This document shows, piece by piece, positions 48,984-58,838 of a stretch of 64,000 nucleotides of DNA; position 1 is the first letter of the stretch; every line of letters starts with the position of its first letter. The translations under genes were made by a program, and so were the position numbers. The notes below the pieces were generated by a model, which saw only the letters and a program-made list of their open reading frames with translations, searched no databases and was not told where the DNA came from. The stretch comes from an uncultured delta proteobacterium (lineage in GTDB: Bacteria > Desulfobacterota > Binatia > DP-6), in the NCBI GenBank assembly GCA_963815115.1, contig CAWFFN010000009.1:1568001-1632000 (forward strand). The letters are read 5' to 3'.

Positions 48984-49454
48984 ATGGCCAGGGTCGCGTC
49001 CTTCGGCGACGTCGCCGACGAGTTCCGCCGCCGCTGGGAACGTACCATCTGGGCCACCATGGCCACGGTCGGCCCTCGAGGGCGGCTGCAATCGCGTCTG
49101 GTGCACCCGCTCTGGGAAGGGGCGACGGGCTGGATCGCGACCGGCGCCGACTCCTTGAAAGCCCGGCACCTGAGGATCAATCCCTACACGTCGCTGACCT
49201 ACTGGGACCAGACCAACGAGCAGGTGCACGTCGAGTGTCGCGCCGAATTCGAGCAGCGAGTCGAGGAGAAGCGCCGCGTCTGGGACCTCTTCAAGCGCAC
49301 GCCATCCCCGCTCGGCTATGATCCGGGCCTGTTCTTCAAGGAGGGCCCCGAGGGCCGGTCCGTCGGGATCGTGCGGCTCGTGCCGTGGCGCGTCGAGTTC
49401 TGGTCGCTCACCGAGTTGGTGGCGGGCAAGCCGTCGCAGGTCTGGCTGGCATGA
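48984..49454 (+). CDS. Pyridoxamine 5'-phosphate oxidase-like protein
   Basis: MATVGPRGRLQSRLVHP, SLKARHLRINPYTSLTYW, PLGYDP. Confidence 0.8.
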   Translation: MARVASFGDVADEFRRRWERTIWATMATVGPRGRLQSRLVHPLWEGATGWIATGADSLKARHLRINPYTSLTYWDQTNEQVHVECRAEFEQRVEEKRRVWDLFKRTPSPLGYDPGLFFKEGPEGRSVGIVRLVPWRVEFWSLTELVAGKPSQVWLA

Positions 49455-50302
49455 ACGGCGACAAGACCGGCGGAGAAACCTACGAGACGCTGCGCGTGGG
49501 CGTCCACGGCGGCATCGCCCGCGTCACCATCGACCACCCCCCCATCAACCTCTTCGACGTCGCGCTGATGCGAGACCTGATGCGGGTGGGAAGCGCGCTC
49601 GAGACCGACCCGGAGGTGCGGGTCGTCGTCCTCGACAGCGCCAATCCGGAGTTCTTCGTCGCCCACGCCGACGTCGGCCTGATCCAGCAGCTCCCCGCCG
49701 AGCCGCCGCCCAAGCCCACCGAGCTCGGTTTCTTCCACGCCATGGTCGACCGCTTCCGCACCATGCCGAAGGCGACCATCGGCGTCGTCGAGGGGGTGGC
49801 CCGGGGAGGCGGCAGCGAGCTGCTGCTGTCTCTCGACATGCGCTTCGGCGCGCTCGGCAAGGCGGTGCTCGCCCAGCCCGAGGTGGCGCTCGGGATCATT
49901 CCGGGCGGAAGCGGCACCCAGCGCCTGCCGCGCCTCATCGGCCGGGCGCGCGCCCTGGAGGTCATCCTGGGCTGCGACGACGTTCCGGCCGACCTGGCGG
50001 AGCGCTACGGCTACTTGAATCGGGCCCTCCCGCCCAACGAGCTACGCCCGTTCGTCGATCGGCTCGCGCATCGCATCGCCTCCTTCCCCGCCGAGGCCAT
50101 CGCCCTCGCCAAGGAGGCCGTCAACGCGGCCGAGCGCCCGACCCTGGAGGGGTTGCTCGAGGAGGCCGACTGCTTCAATCGCGCCGTCGCGACGCCGGAG
50201 GCCCGGGCGCGCATGGCCCGCTTCCTCGAGCTCGGCGGCCAGACCCGGGAGGTCGAGCTGGATCCGCGCGGGCTGCTGGCGCGTATCATGGGCACGGTGT
50301 AA
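49451..50302 (+). CDS. Enoyl-CoA hydratase/isomerase family protein
   Basis: VTIDHPPINL, SANPEFFVAHAD, ARGGGSE, QPEVALGIIPGGSGTQRL. Confidence 0.9.
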   Translation: MNGDKTGGETYETLRVGVHGGIARVTIDHPPINLFDVALMRDLMRVGSALETDPEVRVVVLDSANPEFFVAHADVGLIQQLPAEPPPKPTELGFFHAMVDRFRTMPKATIGVVEGVARGGGSELLLSLDMRFGALGKAVLAQPEVALGIIPGGSGTQRLPRLIGRARALEVILGCDDVPADLAERYGYLNRALPPNELRPFVDRLAHRIASFPAEAIALAKEAVNAAERPTLEGLLEEADCFNRAVATPEARARMARFLELGGQTREVELDPRGLLARIMGTV

Positions 50303-50345
50303 CCAGAGCACCGGGGATCTGTTCCGGGGAGCAGAAAGAACGACA

Positions 50346-50660
50346 ATGCGCACGCCCATCCTCCTCCTTCTTGCCGGACTGGCACTGGCGGGCTCGCTGG
50401 TCCTGCCGGGCTCGGCTCGGGCCCAGCCGTGGTTCGGCGGCGGCGCCGGACTCGGCATCTCGTACGCCGGGGGCTATCCCTACGCGGCCGGATTCTACGG
50501 CGTTCCCGTCTACCCGGCGCCCGTCTTCGTCTCGCCGGTCTTTGTTTCGCCGATTCCGCCGGTCTACTGGCCCGGACTGGGTCCGCAGATCGCAGTTCGC
50601 TGGAACAGCTACTTCGATCCGCGCGACCAGCAGATCCGCGGCTACACCCTGCCGCGCTGA
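50346..50660 (+). CDS. Small secreted Pro/Tyr/Gly-rich hypothetical protein
   Basis: Signal peptide ending SARA, then YAGGYPYAAGFYGVPVYPAPVFVSPVFVSP. Confidence 0.5.
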   Translation: MRTPILLLLAGLALAGSLVLPGSARAQPWFGGGAGLGISYAGGYPYAAGFYGVPVYPAPVFVSPVFVSPIPPVYWPGLGPQIAVRWNSYFDPRDQQIRGYTLPR

Positions 50661-50935
50661 CGTAGCCGGACCAGGGTAGCGCCGAGGCCGCCGCGCTCCG
50701 GGGGGGCATCGCGGAACCCGGCGACGAGGGGGTGAGCCGCAAGGACCTGCTGCACGCGCGCCCGCTGCACCCCGCGCCCGCGGCCGTGGATCAGCCGGAC
50801 CTCGGTGAAGCCCGCCTTCTCCGCGGCCTCGAGATAGGATTCGACGACGGACGGGATCTCGGCCGGCGCGAACGGGTGCAGATCGATCGCGTCCTCGATC
50901 GGCACGACCACCGGCTCGTCGCCGGGCTCAGCCAC
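50642..50935 (-). CDS. Stand-alone Smr-domain protein
   Basis: PIEDAIDLHPF, EVRLIHGRGRGVQR, GGLGATLV. Confidence 0.85.
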   Translation of the reverse strand: MAEPGDEPVVVPIEDAIDLHPFAPAEIPSVVESYLEAAEKAGFTEVRLIHGRGRGVQRARVQQVLAAHPLVAGFRDAPPERGGLGATLVRLRQRGRV

Positions 50936-51788
50936 GTCCGCCGACCTCGTCGAGGAACCGGACGACCGCTTCCGTGAACGGGTCGTTGCGATCGCCGGCG
51001 ACCATGTGGCCGGCGCCGGTGACGTCGCTGTAGCGCGCATGCGGGACGAGGTCGAGGAATGCGCGCGCCCCGTCCTCGCTCACCACGTCGCTCAGGCGAC
51101 CGCGTACGAGCAGCGTCGGCACCCGCAGCGCCCGCGCCGCGGCCTCGAGCCGAGCCGTGTTCTCGGTCGCGCGCGGCCGGCCGCCGCTCATCAGGCGCGG
51201 GTCCCAGTGCCAGCGATAGCGGCCATCGGGCCCGAGCCGCAGGTTCTTGCGCAGGCCGTTGAGATCCTTCGGCCGCGGGCGGTGGGGAACGTACCCCGCG
51301 ACCGCGTCCGCCGCATCCTCGAGCGAGGCGAAGCCGTCGGGGTGCGCGCCCATGAAGCCGATGATGCGCTGCACGCCCTCCGGCTCGACACGCGGCGCGA
51401 TGTCGACCAGCACGACGGCCGACGCCGGCGGCTGCGCGCTCTCGCCCTGCGCGATCAGGATGGCGAGCCCGCCGAGCGACGCGCCCACCATCGCCGGCCG
51501 GGAGGGAAAATGGTGCGCGACGCTGATCACGTCGCCGGCCAGGACGTCGATCCCGTAGGCCCCATCGGGATCCCAGTCGCTGTCGCCGTGGCCGCGCAGA
51601 TCGAGCGCCACCGCGTGACGTCCCGCCTCGGCGAGCGCGGCGGCCGTCCCACCCCAGGCGTGACGGGTCTGTCCCCCGCCATGCAGCAGGAGAACGGGCG
51701 GGCTCCCCGGGTCGCCGTAGGCATCGCCGACGATCCGGAGGGGGCCCGCCTCGAAGACCACCCGGCGCGGCTCACCCACCGGCAGCAC
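50928..51788 (-). CDS. Alpha/beta hydrolase
   Basis: LLHGGGQTRHAW, DLRGHGDS, GASLGG, AGHMVAGD. Confidence 0.9.
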   Translation of the reverse strand: MLPVGEPRRVVFEAGPLRIVGDAYGDPGSPPVLLLHGGGQTRHAWGGTAAALAEAGRHAVALDLRGHGDSDWDPDGAYGIDVLAGDVISVAHHFPSRPAMVGASLGGLAILIAQGESAQPPASAVVLVDIAPRVEPEGVQRIIGFMGAHPDGFASLEDAADAVAGYVPHRPRPKDLNGLRKNLRLGPDGRYRWHWDPRLMSGGRPRATENTARLEAAARALRVPTLLVRGRLSDVVSEDGARAFLDLVPHARYSDVTGAGHMVAGDRNDPFTEAVVRFLDEVGGRG

Positions 51789-52482
51789 TCGCGTCGACGT
51801 CGGACAGCGGACGGGCCAGCACGTCGGGAATCCAGCGATGGAGGCGAGCGCGCAGGTGCTCTGCCGCCTCGGTGAGCAGGTGGCCCGCGCCCGGCAGCAC
51901 CTCCAGCTCGCCGGAGCCTGCGAGCGCCTGCACCGCCTGGCTCGCCATCACGGGCAGCAGCTCGTCTCGATCACCGTGCAGGAGAAGCAGCGGGCGCCGG
52001 AGCGCCGCGGCGCTCTCGCAGCCGGCCGACTGCGTGGACAGGGTCACCACGCCGGCCGTCATCGCGCGCAGGACGATCCCGGCGTTGACCGCGACCGCGC
52101 CGCCGAAGGAATGGCCGACGAGGACGAAGCGACGCCCCCCGTTGCGATGTGCGAGGTCGGTCGCGGCGGCCAGGTCGAGGACGCACGCCGCGAGGTCGTT
52201 GGGGCGGCGATAGCCGACCCGGATGGTGCCGATGCCCTCCGCGGCGAACGCTTCACCGAGCGCGTGGTAGAGGCCGCCGGCCGGGCCCAGCAGCCCTCCC
52301 ATGGCTCCTCCACACATGACGACGACCTGTGCGTTGCCCGGGTCGCCGTGCCACAGGAAGGTGAGCAGGCCTTCCAGCGTGTAGGCCTCGATGTGGCGCA
52401 GGCCAGGCATCACCACGACGTCCTGCTTGGCGAGCACACGCAGGCGATCCAGCGGGCGCTCGGCAGGGGCGTCGGCGGACAT
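51772..52482 (-). CDS. Alpha/beta hydrolase
   Basis: GHSFGG, LLHGDRD, GAGHLL. Confidence 0.82.
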   Translation of the reverse strand: MSADAPAERPLDRLRVLAKQDVVVMPGLRHIEAYTLEGLLTFLWHGDPGNAQVVVMCGGAMGGLLGPAGGLYHALGEAFAAEGIGTIRVGYRRPNDLAACVLDLAAATDLAHRNGGRRFVLVGHSFGGAVAVNAGIVLRAMTAGVVTLSTQSAGCESAAALRRPLLLLHGDRDELLPVMASQAVQALAGSGELEVLPGAGHLLTEAAEHLRARLHRWIPDVLARPLSDVDASAAGG

Positions 52483-52491
52483 GGGGCGCAC

Positions 52492-53937
52492 TCAGGCGTG
52501 AACGGGCGGACGGCGATCCGCCCACGGCCGGGCTTCCTCGAGCTGCGCGGCGACACGCAGGAGCAGGTCCTCGCCGTCGTAGGGCGCGACCAGCTGGATA
52601 CCGACGGGGAGGCCGGCCGGCGTCCAGTGCAGCGGCAGCGAGATGGCGGGCTGACCGGTGGTGTTGAAGGGAAGGGTGAAGGCGGCGAACGCGGTCGCCT
52701 TGAAGCCGGTGACCAGCGGGTCGAGAGCATCGGGCAGGAAGTGGCCGAGCAGCGGCGGCGGCTCCGGCAGGGTGGGCGTCAGCAGGAGGTCGAATCCGTT
52801 CTCCCACCACGCGGCGACGCGACGGGTGTAGCCATGCAGCCAGTGGATCGTGTCGAGCAGCTGGGGCGCCGGGCAGGCACGCCCGAGCTCGGCGAGCGCC
52901 CAGTTGAGCGGGTCGACGTCGTCGGCCGTGACCGCCCGGCCGGTGTAGGTCGTGAGCTGGTCCAGGAGCCACGCCGTGTTGGTCGCGTACATGGTGGAGA
53001 AGTGGCGCGCGACCTCCGGGTCGTCCAGGGCTTCGGGATGCGACTGATCGAGGTGGTGGCCGAGCGACGACAGCAGCGCGGCGGCGCCCTCGACCGCCGC
53101 GACGGCCTCGGGATGGGACGAGCCCATGCCGCCGGGCCGCTCGGTGTGGAATCCGATGCGGAGACGTCCCGGCGCCGCGCCGACCTCGCGGCTGTAGGGC
53201 CGGGCCGGCGGCGGAGCGGAGTAGGGGTCGCCGGGCATGCGGCCGGCAATGGCATCGAGCAGTCCCGCCGTGTCCCGTACGGTCCGCGTCACGACGCCCT
53301 CGCACACCAGGCCGTTGATGGAATCACCGAGGTCTGGACCGAACGACGTGCGGCCGCGGGACGGCTTGAGGCCCACCAGCCCGCACTCGCTCGCCGGAAT
53401 GCGGATGGATCCTCCACCGTCGTTGGCGTGCGCAGCGGCGACCAGCCCGGCAGCGACCGCGGCGGCGGACCCTCCGCTCGAGCCACCCGTCGAGTGGGCG
53501 AGGTTCCACGGATTCCGTGTCGGGCCGTAGGCGTCGGGCTCGGTGGTGGGCAGGGTGCCGAGCTCGGGCGTATTGGTGCGGCCGAGGATCACGAGTCCGG
53601 CAGCCCGCAGCTTCGTCGTCAGGTAGGAGTCGGACGGCGCGCACATGCGGGCGTCGCGCAGCACGCGCGTGCCGAAGTGGATGGGGTCGCCGGCGGTCGT
53701 ACACAGGAGATCCTTCACCAGGAACGGCACACCCGCGAAGGGCGCGCTGCCGCCCACCACCTCCTGTGCCTCCGCGCGCGCCGCGTCGAAGCGCGCGTGG
53801 ATCACGGCGTTCAGCTGAGGGTTGAGGCGCACGATGCGAGCGATGGCACGCTCGACCAGTTCGAGGGCGCTCACCTCGCCACGGCGCACGAGGTCCGCCT
53901 GGCCGGTCGCGTCGAGGCGCTCGAGGTCGTCCTGCAT
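52492..53937 (-). CDS. Amidase (amidase-signature family)
   Basis: [33 protein letters not shown]. Confidence 0.95.
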   Translation of the reverse strand: MQDDLERLDATGQADLVRRGEVSALELVERAIARIVRLNPQLNAVIHARFDAARAEAQEVVGGSAPFAGVPFLVKDLLCTTAGDPIHFGTRVLRDARMCAPSDSYLTTKLRAAGLVILGRTNTPELGTLPTTEPDAYGPTRNPWNLAHSTGGSSGGSAAAVAAGLVAAAHANDGGGSIRIPASECGLVGLKPSRGRTSFGPDLGDSINGLVCEGVVTRTVRDTAGLLDAIAGRMPGDPYSAPPPARPYSREVGAAPGRLRIGFHTERPGGMGSSHPEAVAAVEGAAALLSSLGHHLDQSHPEALDDPEVARHFSTMYATNTAWLLDQLTTYTGRAVTADDVDPLNWALAELGRACPAPQLLDTIHWLHGYTRRVAAWWENGFDLLLTPTLPEPPPLLGHFLPDALDPLVTGFKATAFAAFTLPFNTTGQPAISLPLHWTPAGLPVGIQLVAPYDGEDLLLRVAAQLEEARPWADRRPPVHA

Positions 53938-54037
53938 CGCGCCGACGCTACGATGGCGGTCGGACGAAGTCCAGCCCGAGCGGGCGCGTCAGGCGACGCC
54001 GTTGGTGTCGCGGTGACGGCTGCTCTATGAGAATCGC

Positions 54038-55120
54038 ATGGCGATCAGGATAGAGAGCCCCCAGAGTGAGGCCGCGCTCACCGACTTCATCCTCTTCCAC
54101 GATCGCGTCTACGAGAGCCGATCGGCGCGCTGGCCGTCCCTCGTCCCGCTCCTCCTGCCCGCGCTCGAGGGCAACGGCCCGTTCGCCCAGGATCGTCTCA
54201 TGCGTCCGTTCCTCGCGGTGCAGGGCGACCGTCCGCTTGCCCGCGCCGTCGCGATGATCGATCGGCGCTACCAGCGCCACTGGCGCGAGCCGCTCGGCCA
54301 TGTCGTGATGTTCGAGGCGTTGCCGGAAACGCGCGAGGCGAGCCGGCGAGTGATCGATGCGGCGTGCGAGTGGCTCGTCGAGCACGGTGCGGTCGCGGCC
54401 CGGGCGGGCTCGACGAGCGCCCCGATGGACATGCCGTTCCGTCTCGACGACGACGGCCTCCTGCCACCGATGGGCATGCGTCAGAACGCCGGCTACATGA
54501 ACACGCTGCTGAAGGACGCCGGCTTCGAGACCGAGCGCGGCTGGGTCGACTACCGCATCGACGTCAGCCCCGAGCTGATCGTGCGCTGGGAGAGCGCGCG
54601 GGAAGCGGTGCGCCTGGCGGACATCGACATCGTTCCGCTGAGCGACGTCCCGGAGAGCCGACGCGTTCCCGAGTTCACCGCGCTCTGGGACGAGTGTTTC
54701 GCCGAGCACTGGGGCGTCGCGCCCAGCACGGAGGAGGAGTTCGGGCTGTTCCTGGAGATCCAGAGCGCGACGGGTGTGCTGGAGACCTCGATGATGGCCT
54801 ACCGCGGCGGCCGGCCGATCGGGGTGCTCTGGGTCGCGCCCGAGATCTCGGCGCTCGCCGCGCTCGCGCCGGACCGCGTCCTCGGTGACGAGGAGAAGGT
54901 CAACTTCCTCGGGATCGGCGTCCGCCGGGAAGCGCGCGGGCAGGGCGTCAATCTCGCCATGGCCGCGACCGCCTACCTGACGCTCGCCGGCCACGGGGCC
55001 CGCTGTCTCAGCTATACGCTGGTCCTCGACGACAACTGGCCCTCGCGCCGCACGGCCGTGAAGCTCGGGGCGTACGTGTGCGCGTCCTACGTCACCTACC
55101 GCCGCAATCTCCGGTGCTGA
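54038..55120 (+). CDS. Tandem GNAT-fold acyltransferase-like protein
   Basis: FLAVQGDRPLARAVAMID, ACEWL, GIGVRREARGQG, VLDDN. Confidence 0.65.
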   Translation: MAIRIESPQSEAALTDFILFHDRVYESRSARWPSLVPLLLPALEGNGPFAQDRLMRPFLAVQGDRPLARAVAMIDRRYQRHWREPLGHVVMFEALPETREASRRVIDAACEWLVEHGAVAARAGSTSAPMDMPFRLDDDGLLPPMGMRQNAGYMNTLLKDAGFETERGWVDYRIDVSPELIVRWESAREAVRLADIDIVPLSDVPESRRVPEFTALWDECFAEHWGVAPSTEEEFGLFLEIQSATGVLETSMMAYRGGRPIGVLWVAPEISALAALAPDRVLGDEEKVNFLGIGVRREARGQGVNLAMAATAYLTLAGHGARCLSYTLVLDDNWPSRRTAVKLGAYVCASYVTYRRNLRC

Positions 55121-55172
55121 GCGCCTTCCGCTGGATCGTGAAAGGGACTAGGAGAGTCGGGGAGGACCCGTC

Positions 55173-55547
55173 GTGATCGCCCGCGGCATGAGCCACGTCT
55201 CGTTTCCCGTCCGTGACCTGGCGGCGTCGCTCGCCTTCTATCGCGACGTCCTCGGGTTCAGCGAACGGCCACGGCCCGATCTCGGCATCCCGGGCGCCTG
55301 GCTCCGCGTCGGCGAGGCCGAGGTGCACCTGATCGCCGGCGTCGGTGGGCTGCCGCTCGGGCAGCCGCCCCCGGTGCTGAACCCCGCCGCCCAGCACGTG
55401 GCGTTCCGCATCGACGACTACCAGGGCGCGGTCGACCGCCTGAAGGCACACGGTCTGACGGTGCTCGAGGCCGGCCCGGACGCCGGCCAGATGTGGGTGC
55501 AGGACCCCGACGGTCACATCATCGAGCTCATCGCCGTGGCGCGATGA
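55173..55547 (+). CDS. VOC/glyoxalase family protein
   Basis: HVSFPVRDLAASLAFY, HVAF, QDPDGHIIEL. Confidence 0.9.
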   Translation: MIARGMSHVSFPVRDLAASLAFYRDVLGFSERPRPDLGIPGAWLRVGEAEVHLIAGVGGLPLGQPPPVLNPAAQHVAFRIDDYQGAVDRLKAHGLTVLEAGPDAGQMWVQDPDGHIIELIAVAR

Positions 55548-56449
55548 GCGAGCCCGACCGGGCGCTCGGTCCGCACGTCACGCTGCTCGGCAGCAAGCTC
55601 GGCGGAAAGTATCCGGAGGGCCGCCCGCTCCTCGTGACCGGGCGGGAGGAGACGATGGTCATCGATCCGTCGCTCGCCCTGGTGGGACGTGCCGGCGGGG
55701 CGCCGCCCGCCGACCGCGTTCTCAACAGCCACTGTCACGAAGATCACGTGGCGGGGAACCACCTCTATCCGGACGCGCCGTGGCACCTGCCCGAGGCCGA
55801 CCTCGACGGCATCCGCTCCCTCGACGGGCTGATGGCCATCTACGGCTTCGACGGCCACACGGCGGCGGCCTTCGCGCGTGTCGTCGTCGAGCGCTTCCAC
55901 TTCACGCCGAGCGCCGACGCGCGCGGCTTCGCGGACGGCGAGGTCTTCGACCTCGGCGGCGTGCAGGTCCGGACCATCCATGCGCCGGGGCACACGCGCG
56001 GACACTCGATCGTCCACGTCCAGCCCGACGACGTGCTCTACCTGGGCGACATCGACCTCTCGAGCTTCGGGCCCTACTACGGTGACGCCTGGTCCTCACT
56101 CGAGGACTTCGAGCGCACGCTGGCGATGGTACGCGGGCTCCCCGCTCGCTGCTACGCGACCTTCCATCACGTCGGCGTCCTCGAGGACCGCGAGGCGTTC
56201 GTGGCGCGTCTCGACCGCTTCGCGGCCGTCATCCATCGTCGCGAGGAGGCGTTGCTGGCGTTCCTCGCCGAGCCCCGGAGCCTCGCCGAGATCGTGTCCC
56301 ACCGCTTCGTCTACCGCCCGCAGGACGCCGTCGCGTACGCCGACCCGGTCGAGCGCCGCAGCATGAGCCAGCATCTCGCGCGGCTCACCGCCGCAGGCCG
56401 CGTCGTGCAACCCGAGCCCGGACGATTCCGCGCGCGCCCGGCGGCCTGA
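55544..56449 (+). CDS. MBL-fold metallo-hydrolase
   Basis: SHCHEDH, PGHTRGH, GDID. Confidence 0.88.
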   Translation: MSEPDRALGPHVTLLGSKLGGKYPEGRPLLVTGREETMVIDPSLALVGRAGGAPPADRVLNSHCHEDHVAGNHLYPDAPWHLPEADLDGIRSLDGLMAIYGFDGHTAAAFARVVVERFHFTPSADARGFADGEVFDLGGVQVRTIHAPGHTRGHSIVHVQPDDVLYLGDIDLSSFGPYYGDAWSSLEDFERTLAMVRGLPARCYATFHHVGVLEDREAFVARLDRFAAVIHRREEALLAFLAEPRSLAEIVSHRFVYRPQDAVAYADPVERRSMSQHLARLTAAGRVVQPEPGRFRARPAA

Positions 56450-56553
56450 AGGCCCCGGCGGCGACGGCGCGCGCGCGAGCAAGGCGAGGCACGCAGCGCT
56501 GCCGCCGCCGGGGACTGCTCACGGCGTCACGCGGCCGCGGGACGGCGGTGTCG

Positions 56554-57795
56554 TCACCATCGGTCCGTGACGTCGGGCAGGCTGGTCGACGTCGTGCTCG
56601 ACGAGGAGGACGAGGAGGTCGAGGGTGCGGAGGACGACGAGCTGCTCGACGACGAGGACGAGCTGCTCGAGGAGGACGAGGACGACGAGGACGACGAGGA
56701 GCTCGATGAGGACGACGAGCTGCTCGACGAGGAGGACGAGGAGGAGCTGCTCGACGGCGCGGTCGTCGTGGAGACCGTGCTGGAGGTGCTGGGCTCGCTG
56801 GTGGACGTCGTCGTCGTGCTGGTGGTCGTCGTGGTCGGGCAGCACACCCCGGTGTTGTTCCGGTCCGAGCTGACGACGTCGCCCAGGTAGTGACCGCTGA
56901 GCGTGTTCGCATGGCCGAGCTTGAGGCTCCCGGCGAGCGAGCAGGCGTCGACCGTGAAGCGGCCGGAGCGGCCGAAGCGGATGTCACCCCGCTCGGTGAC
57001 GATGCGCAGGCCGCCACAGCCCGTGCCCACATCGGCCTCGTTGTTGAAGTACGCGTTGCCCCTGCCGGGGATCAGGACGGTCGCGGCCCCGTTGCTCGCG
57101 AACCGGACGTTCTTTCCCGCCCGGATGCCGCAGGCGATGCTCGTCCCACCGTCGATGATCACGGTGGCGCGGTCGTGGACGACGATCATCCCGTAGGTGC
57201 CCGCGGGCAGGTCGCACTGGCCGTTGCCGGTGACGGCGTCGTCCGCGCCGCAGTCCTGCCCTTCCTGCACCACCACGGGGTGGGCCGGGTTGCACGCGGG
57301 GAGCGGCAGCGTGACGCCGCAGGCGGAGGCGAGGTCGTCGAGATCGGGCACGCAGTCCGTGGAGCAGCTCGGCGCGCCGTCTCCGTCGAGGTCACCCACG
57401 ATCGGCGGTGCGAAGGGGGTGCTGCAATCGGCTGCGGGGCCGTCGTTCGCGATCATCGAGCACCCCGGATCGCAGCTCGCGGAGCCGTTGCGGAAGACCT
57501 CGAAGAACGAGTCGTTGGCGCAGAGCTGATCGCTGGCGAGCTGGCCCGGAGGGGCGATGCTGGCGTTCTTGAGCCGCAGCGTCCCGCAGCGGCTCGGGCC
57601 GCCGGGGCTCGGGCAGTTCACCCCGATGCTGCAGCCCGGTGCGGCGATCGCGAAATTTTTGAGATTGACACTCCGGACCCCCAGCACGAGGTAATGTGAT
57701 GGGTCACGATCGAGCTGTTGGAACGCCGCCGCGGCGCCGGCGAAGCAGGCGGCAGAGGCCAGGAGGAGGAGAAGGCGAAGGCCAGACGGGGACAT
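56554..57795 (-). CDS. Secreted Cys-rich protein with Ser/Thr-rich C-terminal tail
   Basis: RBS AAGGAG; signal peptide; about 20 Cys; DLPAGTYG beta-rich region; ~90-aa poly-Ser/Thr tail. Confidence 0.8.
   Translation of the reverse strand: MSPSGLRLLLLLASAACFAGAAAAFQQLDRDPSHYLVLGVRSVNLKNFAIAAPGCSIGVNCPSPGGPSRCGTLRLKNASIAPPGQLASDQLCANDSFFEVFRNGSASCDPGCSMIANDGPAADCSTPFAPPIVGDLDGDGAPSCSTDCVPDLDDLASACGVTLPLPACNPAHPVVVQEGQDCGADDAVTGNGQCDLPAGTYGMIVVHDRATVIIDGGTSIACGIRAGKNVRFASNGAATVLIPGRGNAYFNNEADVGTGCGGLRIVTERGDIRFGRSGRFTVDACSLAGSLKLGHANTLSGHYLGDVVSSDRNNTGVCCPTTTTTSTTTTSTSEPSTSSTVSTTTAPSSSSSSSSSSSSSSSSSSSSSSSSSSSSSSSSSSSSSSSSSSAPSTSSSSSSSTTSTSLPDVTDRW
56580..56835. repeat. Low-complexity repeat encoding poly-Ser/Thr
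   Basis: Recurrent GAC/GAG triplets and GAGCTGCTCGA units on the + strand. Confidence 0.85.
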
Positions 57796-57947
57796 TGCTA
57801 GGGACTCCTTTTTGAATGAAAAGCATGCTTGTCAATCCGTGGGCGTATTACCGCACCGGTCGCGCGTTTGGAAACGAAAAAGCTAAGGCTGGAAGCGAGC
57901 TGCGGGTTGCCTTATGAAGCGCGCGTTGGCGGCATGATGAGGGCAGA

Positions 57948-58838
57948 GTGAGGAGCCGGAGCGCCGTGGTGTGCCTCGGGTTGCTGGCGCTCGTCGTCGC
58001 GAGCCCACCGGTGCATGCCGAGGCGAGAGGCAGCGGATCTCCTGCGGCCGTCGACCCGCTCGATGCCGATACCGAAGCGTCGGTTCCGCGCGTCTGGGAT
58101 CCGCTCGAGCCGGTGAACCGCAAGACGCTCCGGATGAACGGCGTCCTCGACCGCTGGGTCTTCGATCCGGTGACCAACGCCTATGCGTTCGTCGTCCCCG
58201 GACCGGCACGGATGGCGGTCCGTCGCTTCCTGGTGAACCTCAACTCGCCCGCCGTCTTCGCCAACGACCTCCTGCAGCTCGCTCCGCTCGACGCGGCCGT
58301 GACCGTGACCCGCTTCGGGGTCAACTCCACGATCGGTATCGGGGGACTCTTCGATCCTGCCACCCGGCTCGGTCTCAAGGGCCATGCCGCGGACTTCGGC
58401 GAGACCCTTGCGCTCTGCGGAGTTCCGAGCGGCCCCTACCTGATCCTGCCCGCCCTGGGGCCGACGACGGCGCGCGACGGCACGGGCTATCTGGTCGACC
58501 TGTTCTTTCAGCCCTTGACGTATCTGCTGAGCCCGGCGCCGACGCTGCTCATCTACACGTCGATCCAGCAGGGCAGCGTGGGACTCGCTGCCAAGGATGA
58601 GCACGGGGAGGCGCTGCGCGCCCTCGAGGCGTCGTCCATCGACTTCTACGCCACGCTGCGCAGCGCCTACTATCAGGATCGCGTGGCGGCCATCCAGGCG
58701 CGCGGCGATCGCGGACCGCTCGCGCTCGCGCGGCGGACCCTACGGGCGCTCTCGCTTGCCCCGCCCTGCAGCGAGATCGGTGATCTTCCCGCGCACGAGG
58801 GTCGCCAGTGCGTCAAAGCCGTCGCGCTGGAGAACTGA
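57948..58838 (+). CDS. mlaA: Second MlaA/VacJ-family protein
   Basis: DPLEPVNR, ANDLLQ, RFGVNSTIGIGGLFDPA, DFGETL, GPYLILPALGPTTARD, DFYATLRSAYYQDR. Confidence 0.88.
   Translation: MRSRSAVVCLGLLALVVASPPVHAEARGSGSPAAVDPLDADTEASVPRVWDPLEPVNRKTLRMNGVLDRWVFDPVTNAYAFVVPGPARMAVRRFLVNLNSPAVFANDLLQLAPLDAAVTVTRFGVNSTIGIGGLFDPATRLGLKGHAADFGETLALCGVPSGPYLILPALGPTTARDGTGYLVDLFFQPLTYLLSPAPTLLIYTSIQQGSVGLAAKDEHGEALRALEASSIDFYATLRSAYYQDRVAAIQARGDRGPLALARRTLRALSLAPPCSEIGDLPAHEGRQCVKAVALEN

Noticed and set aside
50642-50935. Smr nuclease with the EVE gene as a defence system
   Set aside because: The genes are 31 kb apart and stand-alone Smr proteins are common housekeeping factors.
56580-56835. Repeats considered as a CRISPR array
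   Set aside because: No constant repeat with unique spacers and no cas genes; it is low-complexity coding sequence.
56567-56890. Highly acidic Asp/Glu-rich ORF on the + strand
   Set aside because: It is the antisense reading of the poly-Ser/Thr tail.
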